Program-made: the position numbers and the translations under genes
DNA from: an uncultured Acidobacteriota bacterium
GTDB taxonomy: Bacteria; Acidobacteriota; Vicinamibacteria; Vicinamibacterales; UBA2999
Assembly: GCA_963779175.1 (NCBI GenBank)
Contig: CAVZXA010000003.1
Coordinates: forward strand, 257,551-321,550
Reading direction: 5' to 3'
DNA: 64,000 nucleotides
Notes under the pieces: generated by a model
What the model saw: only the letters and a program-made list of their open reading frames with translations
Databases searched by the model: none
What the model was told of the DNA's origin: nothing
In this document: one piece after another, positions 1 through 9,365 of the stretch
Layout: the number at the start of each line of letters is the position of its first letter
Position numbering within the stretch: position 1 is the stretch's first letter

Positions 1-1140
1 TACGACGGAGGCAGGCCATGGCGAAACGTAGCATGTTCGTGGGGATGGATGTCCACAAAGACTCGATCGACATCTCCCTGGCCGAAGACGGGCGAGAGGG
101 CGAGGTCCGCCACTACGGAGGCATTCCGGGCGATCTCGAAGCGCTGGCGAAAGTGCTGAAGGCCCTGCGGGCGCCGACGCGGCGCCTGCGCTTCGTGTAC
201 GAGGCGGGCCCGTGCGGCTTCGGCATCTATCGCTACCTGACGAGCCAGGGCGAGGAGTGCGTCGTCGTCAATCCATCGAGCATGCCGAAGCGCAGCGGCG
301 ACCGGATCAAGACGGACCGGCGCGACGGCGACGCCCTCGCACGGCTCCATCGCGCCGGCGAGCTCACGGCGATCTACATCCCGACCGACGCCGATGAAGC
401 GATGCGCGACCTGGTGCGCGCGCGGGAAGATGCGGTCGGCCTCAGCACGCAAGCCAAGCATCGGCTGAAGGCGTTCCTGCTCCGCCAGGGCCGGCGCTAT
501 CCGGGGCGGGCCGGGTGGACGCAACCGTATCGCCGGTGGCTGGCCGATCTCAGCTTCCCACTGGCACCCCAGCACATCGCGCTACAGGAGTATCGCGACA
601 CGATCGACGAGACCGAGCGGCGCGTCGAGCGCCTGACGGAGCAGCTGCGACAGCACACGCCCGCGTGGCGCTGGACCCCGGTGGTGGACGCCTTGCAGGC
701 CTTGCGTAGCGTCTCGTTCGTGACCGCCGTCGGTCTCGTCGCCGAAGTCGGCGACATCCGCCGCTTCGACCACCCGCGGCAGCTCATGGCGTTTCTCGGC
801 CTTGTGCCGTCGGAGTACTCGAGTGGACCGAGTGTCCGGCGCGGCGGGATCACCAAGGCCGGCAACCCGCATGCGCGGCGGCTGCTCGCCGAGGCCGCGT
901 GGGCGTATCAAGGCGTCCCGCGCATCGGCCGGCAGATGCTGTATCGCCAAGAAGCGCTCCCGAAGGCGGTCTGCGACATCGCGTGGAAGGCGCAACTGCG
1001 TCTGACGTCCCGTTTCCGCAAGCTCGTGGCCCGCGGCAAGGCGAAGCCGAAGGTCGCCACCGCCGTCGCCCGTGAACTCACCGGCTTCATCTGGGCGATC
1101 GCCCGGGAGGTGCGACCGCCGGCGGCGTAAGCCCGCGCGA
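1..1140 (+). mobile_element. IS110-family insertion sequence. The left end lies outside the window and the right boundary is unresolved, somewhere in 1131-1440
   Basis: It carries the intact IS110-type transposase ORF at 18-1130. Only 17 nt precede the start codon, so the 5' non-coding end is cut by the window edge. IS110 elements lack classical terminal inverted repeats, so the ends cannot be called by eye. Confidence 0.6.
18..1130 (+). CDS. IS110 family transposase (DEDD-type)
   Basis: This is an intact 370-aa ORF. The N-terminus MFVGMDVHKDSIDISL... is typical of the IS110 DEDD/RuvC-like domain. The C-terminal block ...GGITKAGNPHARRLLAEAAWA... is typical of the 'Transposase_20' domain. Confidence 0.92.
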   Translation: MAKRSMFVGMDVHKDSIDISLAEDGREGEVRHYGGIPGDLEALAKVLKALRAPTRRLRFVYEAGPCGFGIYRYLTSQGEECVVVNPSSMPKRSGDRIKTDRRDGDALARLHRAGELTAIYIPTDADEAMRDLVRAREDAVGLSTQAKHRLKAFLLRQGRRYPGRAGWTQPYRRWLADLSFPLAPQHIALQEYRDTIDETERRVERLTEQLRQHTPAWRWTPVVDALQALRSVSFVTAVGLVAEVGDIRRFDHPRQLMAFLGLVPSEYSSGPSVRRGGITKAGNPHARRLLAEAAWAYQGVPRIGRQMLYRQEALPKAVCDIAWKAQLRLTSRFRKLVARGKAKPKVATAVARELTGFIWAIAREVRPPAA

Positions 1141-1441
1141 TGATCAGGTCCGACTGGCCGGCGGCATCGCGGGCTTGGTGGAGAATCCTCGAGTCCGTTA
1201 AGGACAGCGGCCCGTGGTCGCTACGTCCGTGCCTAGGGCGAGGCAGCTCCGCGACGAACCACAGTCTGGGCGGTACCCAACCCGCGGATATCAGCAGCGT
1301 CAACCGTCGCTAGAACGCGGTGCCGCCGGCCAGATGGACCTGAAGCATGACGAGGCTCCAGAAAGAGCGGGCCAAGAACGGCACTCATGATGACGATGAG
1401 GCGGGACGCGTCTGCCCACTTGACAGAAGACAGCCATATCA

Positions 1442-1733
1442 ACGGACGGGGCCGCGCACCGGCCGGCCTCAGGCACGCCGCGCCGCGCCGGCGCGTCGCG
1501 AGCGGGCTCGGTCCAGCCGGGCCAGTCAGCTCTGACGAACGGGGCCGCGCACCGGCCGGCCTCAGGCACGCCGCGCCGCGCAGGCGCGTCGCGAGCGGGC
1601 TCGATCCAGCCGGGCCAGTCAGCTCTGACGGACGGGGCCGCGCACCGGCCGGCCTCAGGCACGCCGCGCCGCGCCGGCGCGTCGCGAGCGGGCTCGATCC
1701 AGCCGGGCCAGTCAGCTCTGCTCGACGGGGCCG
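1442..1733. repeat. 93-bp tandem repeat, three full units plus a roughly 10-nt start of a fourth
   Basis: The string ggggccgcgcaccggccggcctcaggcacgccgcgccgcg... recurs at 1448, 1541 and 1634, giving a 93-nt period. Units are near-identical, with differences such as ggtccagcc vs gatccagcc and ccggcgcg vs caggcgcg. Each unit contains the palindrome cgcgccggcgcg. There are no spacers, so this is not a CRISPR array. Confidence 0.9.
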
Positions 1734-1739
1734 ATGTCA

Positions 1740-4190
1740 TCACCCCTCGCGCAGCACTTCTGCCGGCGCGACCCGCATGGCGCGGCGCATCGGCACCCAT
1801 GTGGCCGCAGCGACGACCACGACAACTGAGGCCGCCACACCGGCATAGGTCGGGACGTCCAGACGGGGCACGCCGAACAGCAGGCCCTGCACCGCGGCAC
1901 TCGCGAGCGTCGCCGTGCCGAGCCCCAGCGCCAGACCGAGGGCGGCGAGGATCGCGGCCGAGACGGCTACCCCTCTGGCGACGAGTCCCGCGGTGGCCCC
2001 GACCGCCAGCCTCACCGCGAACTCCCGGCGCCGTTCGGCCACGTCGAGTGCGACCACGCTGAAGAGACCGATGGCCGTGAGCGCCGTCGCCACGGCCGCA
2101 AAGAGCGAGAACACCCACGCGCCGAAGCGCCACGGCGCCCAGGCGCGGCTCACCAGCGCCTCGAGCGTGGTGACGCCGTCCACGATCGCCGTCGGGGCCA
2201 CACGTCGCGCCTGTGCGCTCACGACGGACGCCACGGCCAGCGGATTCCCGGCCGTGCGGATGACCAGGTCGGTGGCCGGCTGCGTCGACTGCGTGTGCGG
2301 GTCGTAGAGGTCCAGAGACACCTCATCGAGCCCGCGGTAGTGCACGTCGGCCACGACGCCGACGACCCGCCGCCACGCCTTCTTCGGCGCGCCCTCGCGG
2401 CGATCGAACGACGCGGTGAGCAGCCGCTGGCCCACGGCGCTGCGACCGGGCCAGATGCGCGTTGCCGTCGAGGCGCCGACCACGGCCACACGTTCGGCGC
2501 CGTCGCGATCGCCGGCGGTGAAGTACCGTCCGGCCACCAGCGGAATGCGCATCACGTCGAAGTATCCCGGTGTCGCCACCTGGTAGTTCAGCAGCGGATT
2601 CGCCGCCGCCGACTCCGGCGTGTCGGGCTGCCCCTCGAGCACCACCGTCGTGCCCTGGCCGATCGGCCCGAGCCCGAGCGGACGCAGGGCCACCGCGCCG
2701 ACGGCCTCCACCGCCGGATGCGCCGCCAGCGTCTGAAGCAGCTCGTCGATCCATGGGTTCACCCGCGTCGCCGGCAGGCGCGGATCCACCTGCACCGACA
2801 GCACGTATCCCGGCTGGAAGCCGAGGTCGATGGCCTGCAGGGCCTGGAAGCTGCGCGTCACGAGGCCGGCGGTCACGAGCAGCACCACCGCCATCGCGAT
2901 CTGCGCCACCAGCAGCCCGGTGCGCCAGCGGCGCGGCCGCGCACCGGCGGTGTGGCGTCCGGCATCGGCCAGCGCGTCGGCCACGCTGGCGCCGCGCGCA
3001 AGACGCATCGGCGCAAGGCCGCAGGCGATCGCGCACAGCAGCGTGACGGCAGCAGGCCGCGGCGGCCACCGGCAGGTTCAGCCGCGCGCCGTCCAGACGC
3101 GGGATGCTCTCGGGTGCGAGGGCGAGCATCGTGGACGTGAGTCCCGACGCCAGCGCCAGCCCGGCGACGCCGCCAAGCAGCGCGACCACCGAGGCCTCGA
3201 CCAGCCACAGACGGGCCACGTCGGCCTCCGAGGCGCCGATGGCGAGGCGGATGGCGCGCTCGCGGCGGGCTCGGGCCGCGCGCGTCAGCATCAGGCCCGA
3301 CACGTTCACGCAGGCGATGACCAGCAGCACACCGACGGCGCCGAGCAGGGCCCACAGCGCGCGGCGCGCCGGACCGACGACGTGTTCCTCGAACGGCATC
3401 GCCATCACGCGGCTGCCCACCTGCGGACCCGGACGTCGCTCGTCGAGGCGTCGGCCGATGGCCGACAACTCATCTCCGGCAGTCACGGCGGTGACGCCGC
3501 CGTTGAGGCGCGCCACGTAGAACAGCACGCCCACGGTTGCCAGCACGTCGGTCTTCCACACGGCGTCGCCGGCCGAAAGGCCAGGCGCCAGCGGTGCCCA
3601 GAACTCGGCGCCGCGCGGATAGTCGAAGCCTTCCGGCATCACGCCGAGCACTGTTTGCGGCTCGCCGTCGAGGGTCAGCGTGCGGCCGACGATGGCGGGG
3701 TCGGCGCCGAAGCGATCGCGCCAGGTCACATGGCTCAGCACCAGCACGCTGGGGCCGCCGCGCACGTCGTCGGCCGGCTGGATTGCGCGGCCGAGCGCGG
3801 CCGGCACGCCGAGCGTCTCGAAGAACGTGCCCGAGACGCCGGCATACGCGAGCCGCGCCGGATCGCCGTGGCCTTCGAGCACGGCGCTCCAGGTGGTCGA
3901 GCCCACCGCCGCCATCGACTGCACGGAGCGGTTGTCGCGGCCCAGGGCCTCGATGTCGCGATAGGTGAGTTCGACAAGCCCGTGCGAGAGCTCCGGCGCC
4001 AGGCCCCAGCCGGCCACCAGACGCCGGGCTCCCTTATGGGTTGCGGTGCCAGCAGCACCGCGTAGACGGCGCTGAACATCGCCGTGGTGGCGCCGATGCC
4101 GAGGGCGAGCGTGCCCACCGCGGCCAGCGCGTAGCCGGCGTTGGTGCGCAGCGCGCGCAGGGTCAGACGCAGGTCGGTGCCCAGGGTCAC
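1740..4190 (-). pseudogene. ADOP-family (MacB/FtsX-like) duplicated ABC permease, reading frame broken twice as sequenced
   Basis: The N-terminus MTLGTDLRLTLRALRTNAGYALAAVGTLALGIGATTAMFSAVYAVLL lies in frame 3735-4190. The middle (...TYRDIEALGRDNRSVQSMAAVGSTTWSAVLEG...VIACVNVSGLMLTRAARARRERAIRLAIGAS...) lies in the frame of ORF 2323-4827. The C-terminal half (second FtsX domain, ...AVRLAVGATAGLV...PMRRAMRVAPAEVLREG) lies in ORF 1740-3008. Frame switches are near 4030 and 3055. Confidence 0.85.
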
Positions 4191-4298
4191 GGTGTCGCCT
4201 CGCCGTCAGCATACCCGTGCGAGCGTCGCCACCGACGAGGGCCGCCCACTGCTCCGGGACGAGTGGTGGTATCGCCGGGAGGGCGGGTCGATTGCGGC

Positions 4299-5717
4299 CT
4301 ACGGGCTGGCAGTCAGCGCCGCGATGACGTCGGCGGCAGAATACGCTGTGGCGCCGGGACGCAGGAACCGGCCCACGCCGGCGAGGTCGTCGCCCATGGT
4401 CACAATCGGCGGCTCTTCCAGCCGCCCGGCGCGTATCTGCGGCAGGCCCACGGTGGCGAGGAGCGCATTGCAGATACAGGCGCGGCCGACCGTATCGGCA
4501 CCGTCGCCACCCTTGGATATGTAGACGTTCACGGGCTCCGACGGACAACGGAATCGGATCGTGCCGTCGTCGTCCGTGTAGGCCTCGCGCAGATAGCCGA
4601 GATCGCAGATGCGGGGCCGGGCGGCCAGCACGCCGGCGTCCGAGAGCGTGCCAGGCAGGCTGGCGACCTTGAACGGAAATCCCGTGGGTGAAGCGACGGC
4701 GTTGGTCACCACGTCGGTCGTGGCCCTCCCGCACCTGTGTCGAGCAGCGCCTGCCGGATGTCATCGCGCAGGCCCGACTCCGCGCACATCGCAAACGCCG
4801 TGCCCACCTGCACGCCTTCGGCGCCAACCGCGAGCGCCTCGCGCACGCCGTTCGGGCGTGCCGGAGCCGCCGGCCAGCCAGAACGGCAGGCCGAGCGCCT
4901 TCAGCTTCTCGAGGTTCACGACATCACGTGGGCCGTAGACCGGCTCTCCGCGTTCGTTCAGCTGAAGGGCCCCGCGCGGCGGCGCGTTGTGGCCGCCGGC
5001 CGTCGGCGCCTTCGACGATGAAGCCGTCGACCGTGCCGTTGGCGCGCTTCGTGAGGCTCAGCGCCAGCACGTCCGAGGCGATGATGGCCAGGAACTTCGG
5101 CCGCGTCAGCGGCGGCAATGCCGAGCCGACGAACTCGCGCGGATCGAACGACAGCTGCACGGCATCGTCGGCGCTGGCGCCACTGACCGTCAACGGATAG
5201 GTGGCCGGCTCGTGGGTGACGAAGCGATCGAGCACGCCCGGAATCTTCATCGGGATGCCGGCGCCCATCAGCACGTAGTCGACGCCGGCCAGCATCGCGC
5301 CGTAGATCGACGGCAGGTGCGGCGTCTGGATCTTCTCGAGGTAGTTGATGCCGACGGGATTCGCCGTGGCCCTCGCGGGCCAGGAACACCTCGACGAAGT
5401 TCGCCACCATCACGAGCGCCTGCCACTCGGCCGATGGCGAGGCTGACGGCATCGGCACCGCCGCGAACGCGTCGCGGCGTGCCTTGCCGCCGGGGATGTA
5501 GTAGCGCGCCAGGATGGTGGCTGCCAGTTCCGGCACCGGGAACGCCGTCAGGGCTCGGCGCATGTGGCCCACCGGGATCGCCCGTCTGCAGGCGGCGCGC
5601 CAGCACCTGATCGAGCGCCGTGCCCTGACGACGCCGAGTTGTCCGAGGGCCGACACGCGTCTGCGCCAGGCGCCAGTGCGAGATGCCGACGCCCATGCCG
5701 CCCTGGATGATCACCAC
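4299..5717 (-). pseudogene. Nitronate monooxygenase / 2-nitropropane dioxygenase-like FMN oxidoreductase, multiple frame breaks
   Basis: The N-terminus MVIIQGGMGVGISHWRLAQ lies in ORF 5268-5717. The middle MLAGVDYVLMGAGIPMKIPGVLDRF...DGFIVEG lies in ORF 4924-5295. The C-terminus VTNAVASPTGFPFKV...ICNALLATVGLPQ lies in ORF 4299-4712. The pieces are collinear but in different frames. Confidence 0.8.
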
Positions 5718-6106
5718 TCCTGCATGCTACGAGTCGCGCGCGCCGGCGCGCGTACTCCTTTTGTAAGACTTGTCAGAGCAAGCCGTCGGCGATCGTCCGC
5801 GCCAGCCACGGGGCGACTGAATATTTGCCCGTGTCGACGGACACGTAGTTGCCGTGGCGCACGATGCCGATCCGGTCGCGCCGGTGCAACGTGGACGCTT
5901 CGGGGCCGTCTGGGCTGACGCGCTGCGCGCGCTGGCGTTCCGGCCCGTGGCCGCGGCGGCGATGGCGTGCGGCGTGCATCCGTATGCGCCGTTCTCGGCA
6001 TTGCGCTACGGCCGGCGTGGCAATCTCGTGAGCGCGATCCGGCGCAAGACCGGCCTGCCCGGCCTCGACCCGCGAGCGCCGCGCTGAACGCCAGGGGAAC
6101 GCGAGT

Positions 6107-7282
6107 CTAGGGCGACAGGCGTCCGTACTTCTTCAGCAGTGCCCGCAGCTGATCCACGGGCAGGGCGTGGGCGGTGTTGCCGTCGATGCCGGTCATCGTC
6201 TCGGCCGCCACCAGCGCATTGACGATGGCCTCTTCGGTGGCGTCCACGGTCGCTTCGAACAGCGGCGACAGGTCGCCGTTCGGGAGCCACGTGATGGCGC
6301 GTGGCGCCGCGTCTCGGCGGCGGCACCGGGGTTGGCAGTGGAAAACGCGATGAAGATGTCGCCGGAGCCGTTCGACGCCGTGCCGCCAAGGCGCGCGATG
6401 CCCATCGGCACGCGGCGCGCCACGCGTTCGAGCTGATGCGGCAGCAGCGGCGCGGTGGTGGCGACGACCACGATGATCGACCCATCGCGATCGGCTGGCG
6501 GCGCCGGTGCGCGACGACGTTCGGCGCCGGTGATCTCACGTCCGACGGGCACGCCCGCAATCGCCAGGCTCTCGCGCGTGCCGTAGTTGGCCTGCACGAG
6601 CACGCCCACGGTGTGCCCGGCAACGACCCGGCTCGAGGTGCCGATGCCGCCCTTGAAGCCGTGCGCCACCATGCCGGTGCCACCGCCTACGTTGCCCTCG
6701 GGCACGGCGCCGCCGCGCGGCCCTCGTCAGCGCTTCGAAGGCATGCGCCTTGGTGACGTGCTGGCCCTGGCCGTCGTTCAGGAACGCATCCGACGTCTCG
6801 CCCACCACCGGTTGGTGCCATGGGATGGGCGTCTTCAGCACCTCGTGGAAGTAGCTGTTCACGGCGTCGCGGACCACGCCGACCGAGTAGGTGCCGGTGA
6901 TCATCACCGGGCCGCCGAGCACGCCGCCTTCAACGACCCACGGCGCGCCGGTCATCTCGCCGAAGCCGTTGCCGGCAAACCAGCCGGCGAACACCGGCGC
7001 CCACTGTCTGCCACGCGGCCACACCGCCGTCACGCCCGTGCGCACGGGTCCCTGGCCCACCACGAGCGCGCCGTCACCGCGCACCACCGTCGCGTGACCC
7101 ACTTCCACGCCGGGCACGTCAGTGATTGCGTTCAACGGACCGGGCGTGCCGTGGAACGGCACGCCGAGCGCGCGGGCCCGCGGCTTGGATTGCGCACTCG
7201 GCGCAGATATCGCCAGCAGTACGCAGATCCCGACAAGGGCCCTGCCCCAGTTGGCACGAAATCGGCGCAGGAAACGTGCCAT
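6107..7282 (-). pseudogene. Peptidase family S58 (DmpA-type L-aminopeptidase/D-esterase), frame-disrupted
   Basis: The signal-bearing N-terminus MARFLRRFRANWGRALVGICVLLAISAPSAQS...GPLNAITDVPGVEVGHATV... lies in ORF 6536-7558. The core [22 protein letters not shown]...[22 protein letters not shown] lies in ORF 6193-6705. I read the C-terminus [37 protein letters not shown]...LRALLKKYGRLSP* myself on the minus strand at 6107-6300, in a third frame. Confidence 0.8.
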
Positions 7283-7296
7283 TCGGGGCAGGCCGA

Positions 7297-7935
7297 TTAT
7301 TCGCCGCCACCGACGAACTTGTCGGCGTCGTCGGCGAACAGCACGTTGAAGGTCGTGAGCGAGCCGTAGCAGCCGGTGATGTAACTCTGCACCTTCAGTT
7401 TCTGATCGTCGGGCAGGTCCGAGGCGTTCAGCTGCTGTTCGAGCGTTCGCAGGCGATTGCGGAGCATGACGATCTTGTGGAAGAAGGTCTCGATCGGCCA
7501 GCTCTTCTCCTGCACGCCGGGCTTGCCGGGCCGCAGCACCAGATCGCCGCCGCGCCATTTCTCGGCCGGCGCCGCCGGCGTCAGGCCCGTCTCTTCGCGG
7601 ATGATGCGGCGCAGCAGCGCTTCGAGGTTGACGCCGGACGGATCGCTCATGACGGGCTCCGAGATCTCGCGCTCGCCAACGAGCGGCAGGGCGGGGGAGG
7701 GGACAGCAGCGGACGCCGGTCGCGCGGGGCGGGTGGATGTCGGCGCCACCGGCGTGCCGGCAATGGCCATGCGCGCGCCGCCGCGGAAGTTGTGCTCGCT
7801 GCGGCAGAAGTCGCAGCTGACGCGCAGCGGCTGGCCGTCGCCGTCGACCACCACGACGGTGTGAATCCGATCCACGTGACAGGCGCGGCAGTAGTCTTCG
7901 ACGGTCTGTCCGGCGCGGTAGGCGCGTGTCGTCAT
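7297..7935 (-). CDS. Hypothetical protein with an N-terminal CxxC...CxxC zinc-ribbon-like motif
   Basis: The ORF is intact. The likely start is MTTRAYRAGQTVEDYCRACHVDRIHTVVVVDGDGQPLRVSCDFCRSEHNF. A Pro/Ala-rich linker and a conserved-looking C-terminal domain (WPIETFFHKIVMLRNRLRTLEQQL) follow. I recognise no family. Confidence 0.55.
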   Translation of the reverse strand: MTTRAYRAGQTVEDYCRACHVDRIHTVVVVDGDGQPLRVSCDFCRSEHNFRGGARMAIAGTPVAPTSTRPARPASAAVPSPALPLVGEREISEPVMSDPSGVNLEALLRRIIREETGLTPAAPAEKWRGGDLVLRPGKPGVQEKSWPIETFFHKIVMLRNRLRTLEQQLNASDLPDDQKLKVQSYITGCYGSLTTFNVLFADDADKFVGGGE

Positions 7936-8059
7936 CGCTGGCCGATCATGCCACGGCTGGGCGGCGGACGGGCGACGACACACGGGCGTGCCGCGGACGG
8001 AGTTGCACGGGCGGACGTTTTGCAGATCCGTACGCCGGGTGACGTTGGTCGTGTCTGGC

Positions 8060-9364
8060 TCAGCGACGCTGGAGGCGGCCCCGCGTGACGGGCCGGTTGC
8101 CGCGAACCGCGGCCGCAGGCGCCGCTGCCTTCAGTTCGTCGGCGCCGATGTCGGCGCGCCCGTCGGCTGGCCGGGCGTCGCCGTCCCAGTCTGCCGGCAC
8201 GTCCGGCAGGGCCGGCGCCGCATCGATGGCGAGGGTCGCTGCGGCCGTCAGGTGGAGATCGCCGGTGGCCACGCCCGAGAAGTACGCCGCCGTGGCGGTC
8301 GTGACGTTGCTGGTCAGCGTGGCGACGGCCTGGTCGCGGGCGAGGACGGCGCCGTCGGTCAGGTTGTGGGCGATGACGAGGCCGGTCGCATCGGGGAAGC
8401 GGTACTCGATGGCATTGGGATAGGCGCCGCCCATCCAGATCGTGTTGTGGAGCACCGAGGTGCCCGGCGAGTCGACGACCGCGATGCCGACATCGCCGGC
8501 GGCGCCTGGCGTGCGCACGATCATGTTGTTGCGCACGATGCCGCCGATGTGGTCGTTGATGCCACGCGCCACCAGGCCGAGGCTGATGTCGCGGTGGTTG
8601 TCGATGAAGGTATTGCCCTCGACCAGGGTGTGGCGCGAGTTGTTCCACATCAGCACCGCCGGGCCCGCAAGGCCGCTGTCGGAGCGGATGCGGCGGAACA
8701 GGTTGTGGCGGATGATCCAGTCGCGGCCGGTGTGCACGTCCACGCCGTTGGTGTAGTCGCTGCGGGCCACTGTCTCGTATTCCAGCACCGAATATTCGAC
8801 CACGCCGCCATCCACGCCGCCGCCGTTGCCGTCGGGGTTGGCCTTGATGAACTGCTCGCCGGCGTTTACGAGCCGCACGTTGTAGACGCGGGGCTGTGCG
8901 GTGCCGGGGTTGAAGATGATCGGGTGGAAGAAGAAGTCGCGCAGTGTCAGATTGGCGATGGTCAGCCGCGTCACGCCGTCGCCGGTCCAGATGCCGAAGG
9001 GCACCTCGCCGTAACGCGGGTTCGCCATCCCCGTGCCGACGATGACCACGTCGTGGCGGTTGTTGGTGGCGCCGCGGATGACGACGTCGCGCAGCTCCCG
9101 GCGGAAGGTGAGCGTCTGCGAGAGCGTGTAGGTGCCCGGGGCGATGAGAATGGTCGTGCCCGACCGGACGCCCCGCACGGCGTCCTGCAACTGGCGCTCG
9201 GTCTGCACCGTGACCACGGTGCCCGTTGGCGCCGGCAGCGGCGGCGCCGTATCGGGCGAGGCCGCGCGCGCCGGAGCGATGGCGAGCGCGGCAGCCACCG
9301 CCACGGCGAGCCCGGACAGCCGCGCGACCGCGCGCCGCCGTGCCGTCAGGTCTGGCGGCGCCAC
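8060..9364 (-). CDS. Secreted right-handed parallel beta-helix repeat protein (pectate-lyase-fold)
   Basis: This is an intact 434-aa ORF with the signal peptide ...LSGLAVAVAAALAIAPARAAS. Repeated beta-helix turns are visible (IRHNLF, VEGNTFIDN, VRNNMIV, VLHNTIW, VIAHNLT). Its start lies 1 nt from the stop of the upstream DPP3 gene. Confidence 0.8.
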   Translation of the reverse strand: MAPPDLTARRRAVARLSGLAVAVAAALAIAPARAASPDTAPPLPAPTGTVVTVQTERQLQDAVRGVRSGTTILIAPGTYTLSQTLTFRRELRDVVIRGATNNRHDVVIVGTGMANPRYGEVPFGIWTGDGVTRLTIANLTLRDFFFHPIIFNPGTAQPRVYNVRLVNAGEQFIKANPDGNGGGVDGGVVEYSVLEYETVARSDYTNGVDVHTGRDWIIRHNLFRRIRSDSGLAGPAVLMWNNSRHTLVEGNTFIDNHRDISLGLVARGINDHIGGIVRNNMIVRTPGAAGDVGIAVVDSPGTSVLHNTIWMGGAYPNAIEYRFPDATGLVIAHNLTDGAVLARDQAVATLTSNVTTATAAYFSGVATGDLHLTAAATLAIDAAPALPDVPADWDGDARPADGRADIGADELKAAAPAAAVRGNRPVTRGRLQRR

Positions 9365-9365
9365 G

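Noticed and set aside
1442-1733. Possible CRISPR array
   Set aside because: The units are directly abutting 93-bp tandem repeats with no unique spacers between them, and no cas genes are present in the window.
1387-1848. The 153-aa ORF on the + strand, and the 277-aa ORF at 1300-2133 on the - strand, which encode a thrice-repeated 31-aa peptide
   Set aside because: The repeated peptide is simply the translation of the 93-bp tandem DNA repeat. Composition is Arg/Ala/Pro-rich on both strands. There is no start context, and the ORFs overlap the 3' end of the ADOP permease.
5773-5979. A 68-aa minus-strand ORF (…IVRHGNYVSVDTGKYSVAPWLARTIADGLL) in the gap between the nitronate monooxygenase and the DmpA peptidase
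   Set aside because: Only the last roughly 30 aa look protein-like, and the rest is Arg-rich. I recognise no family. It may be a remnant of a frame-broken gene, but I cannot support a call.
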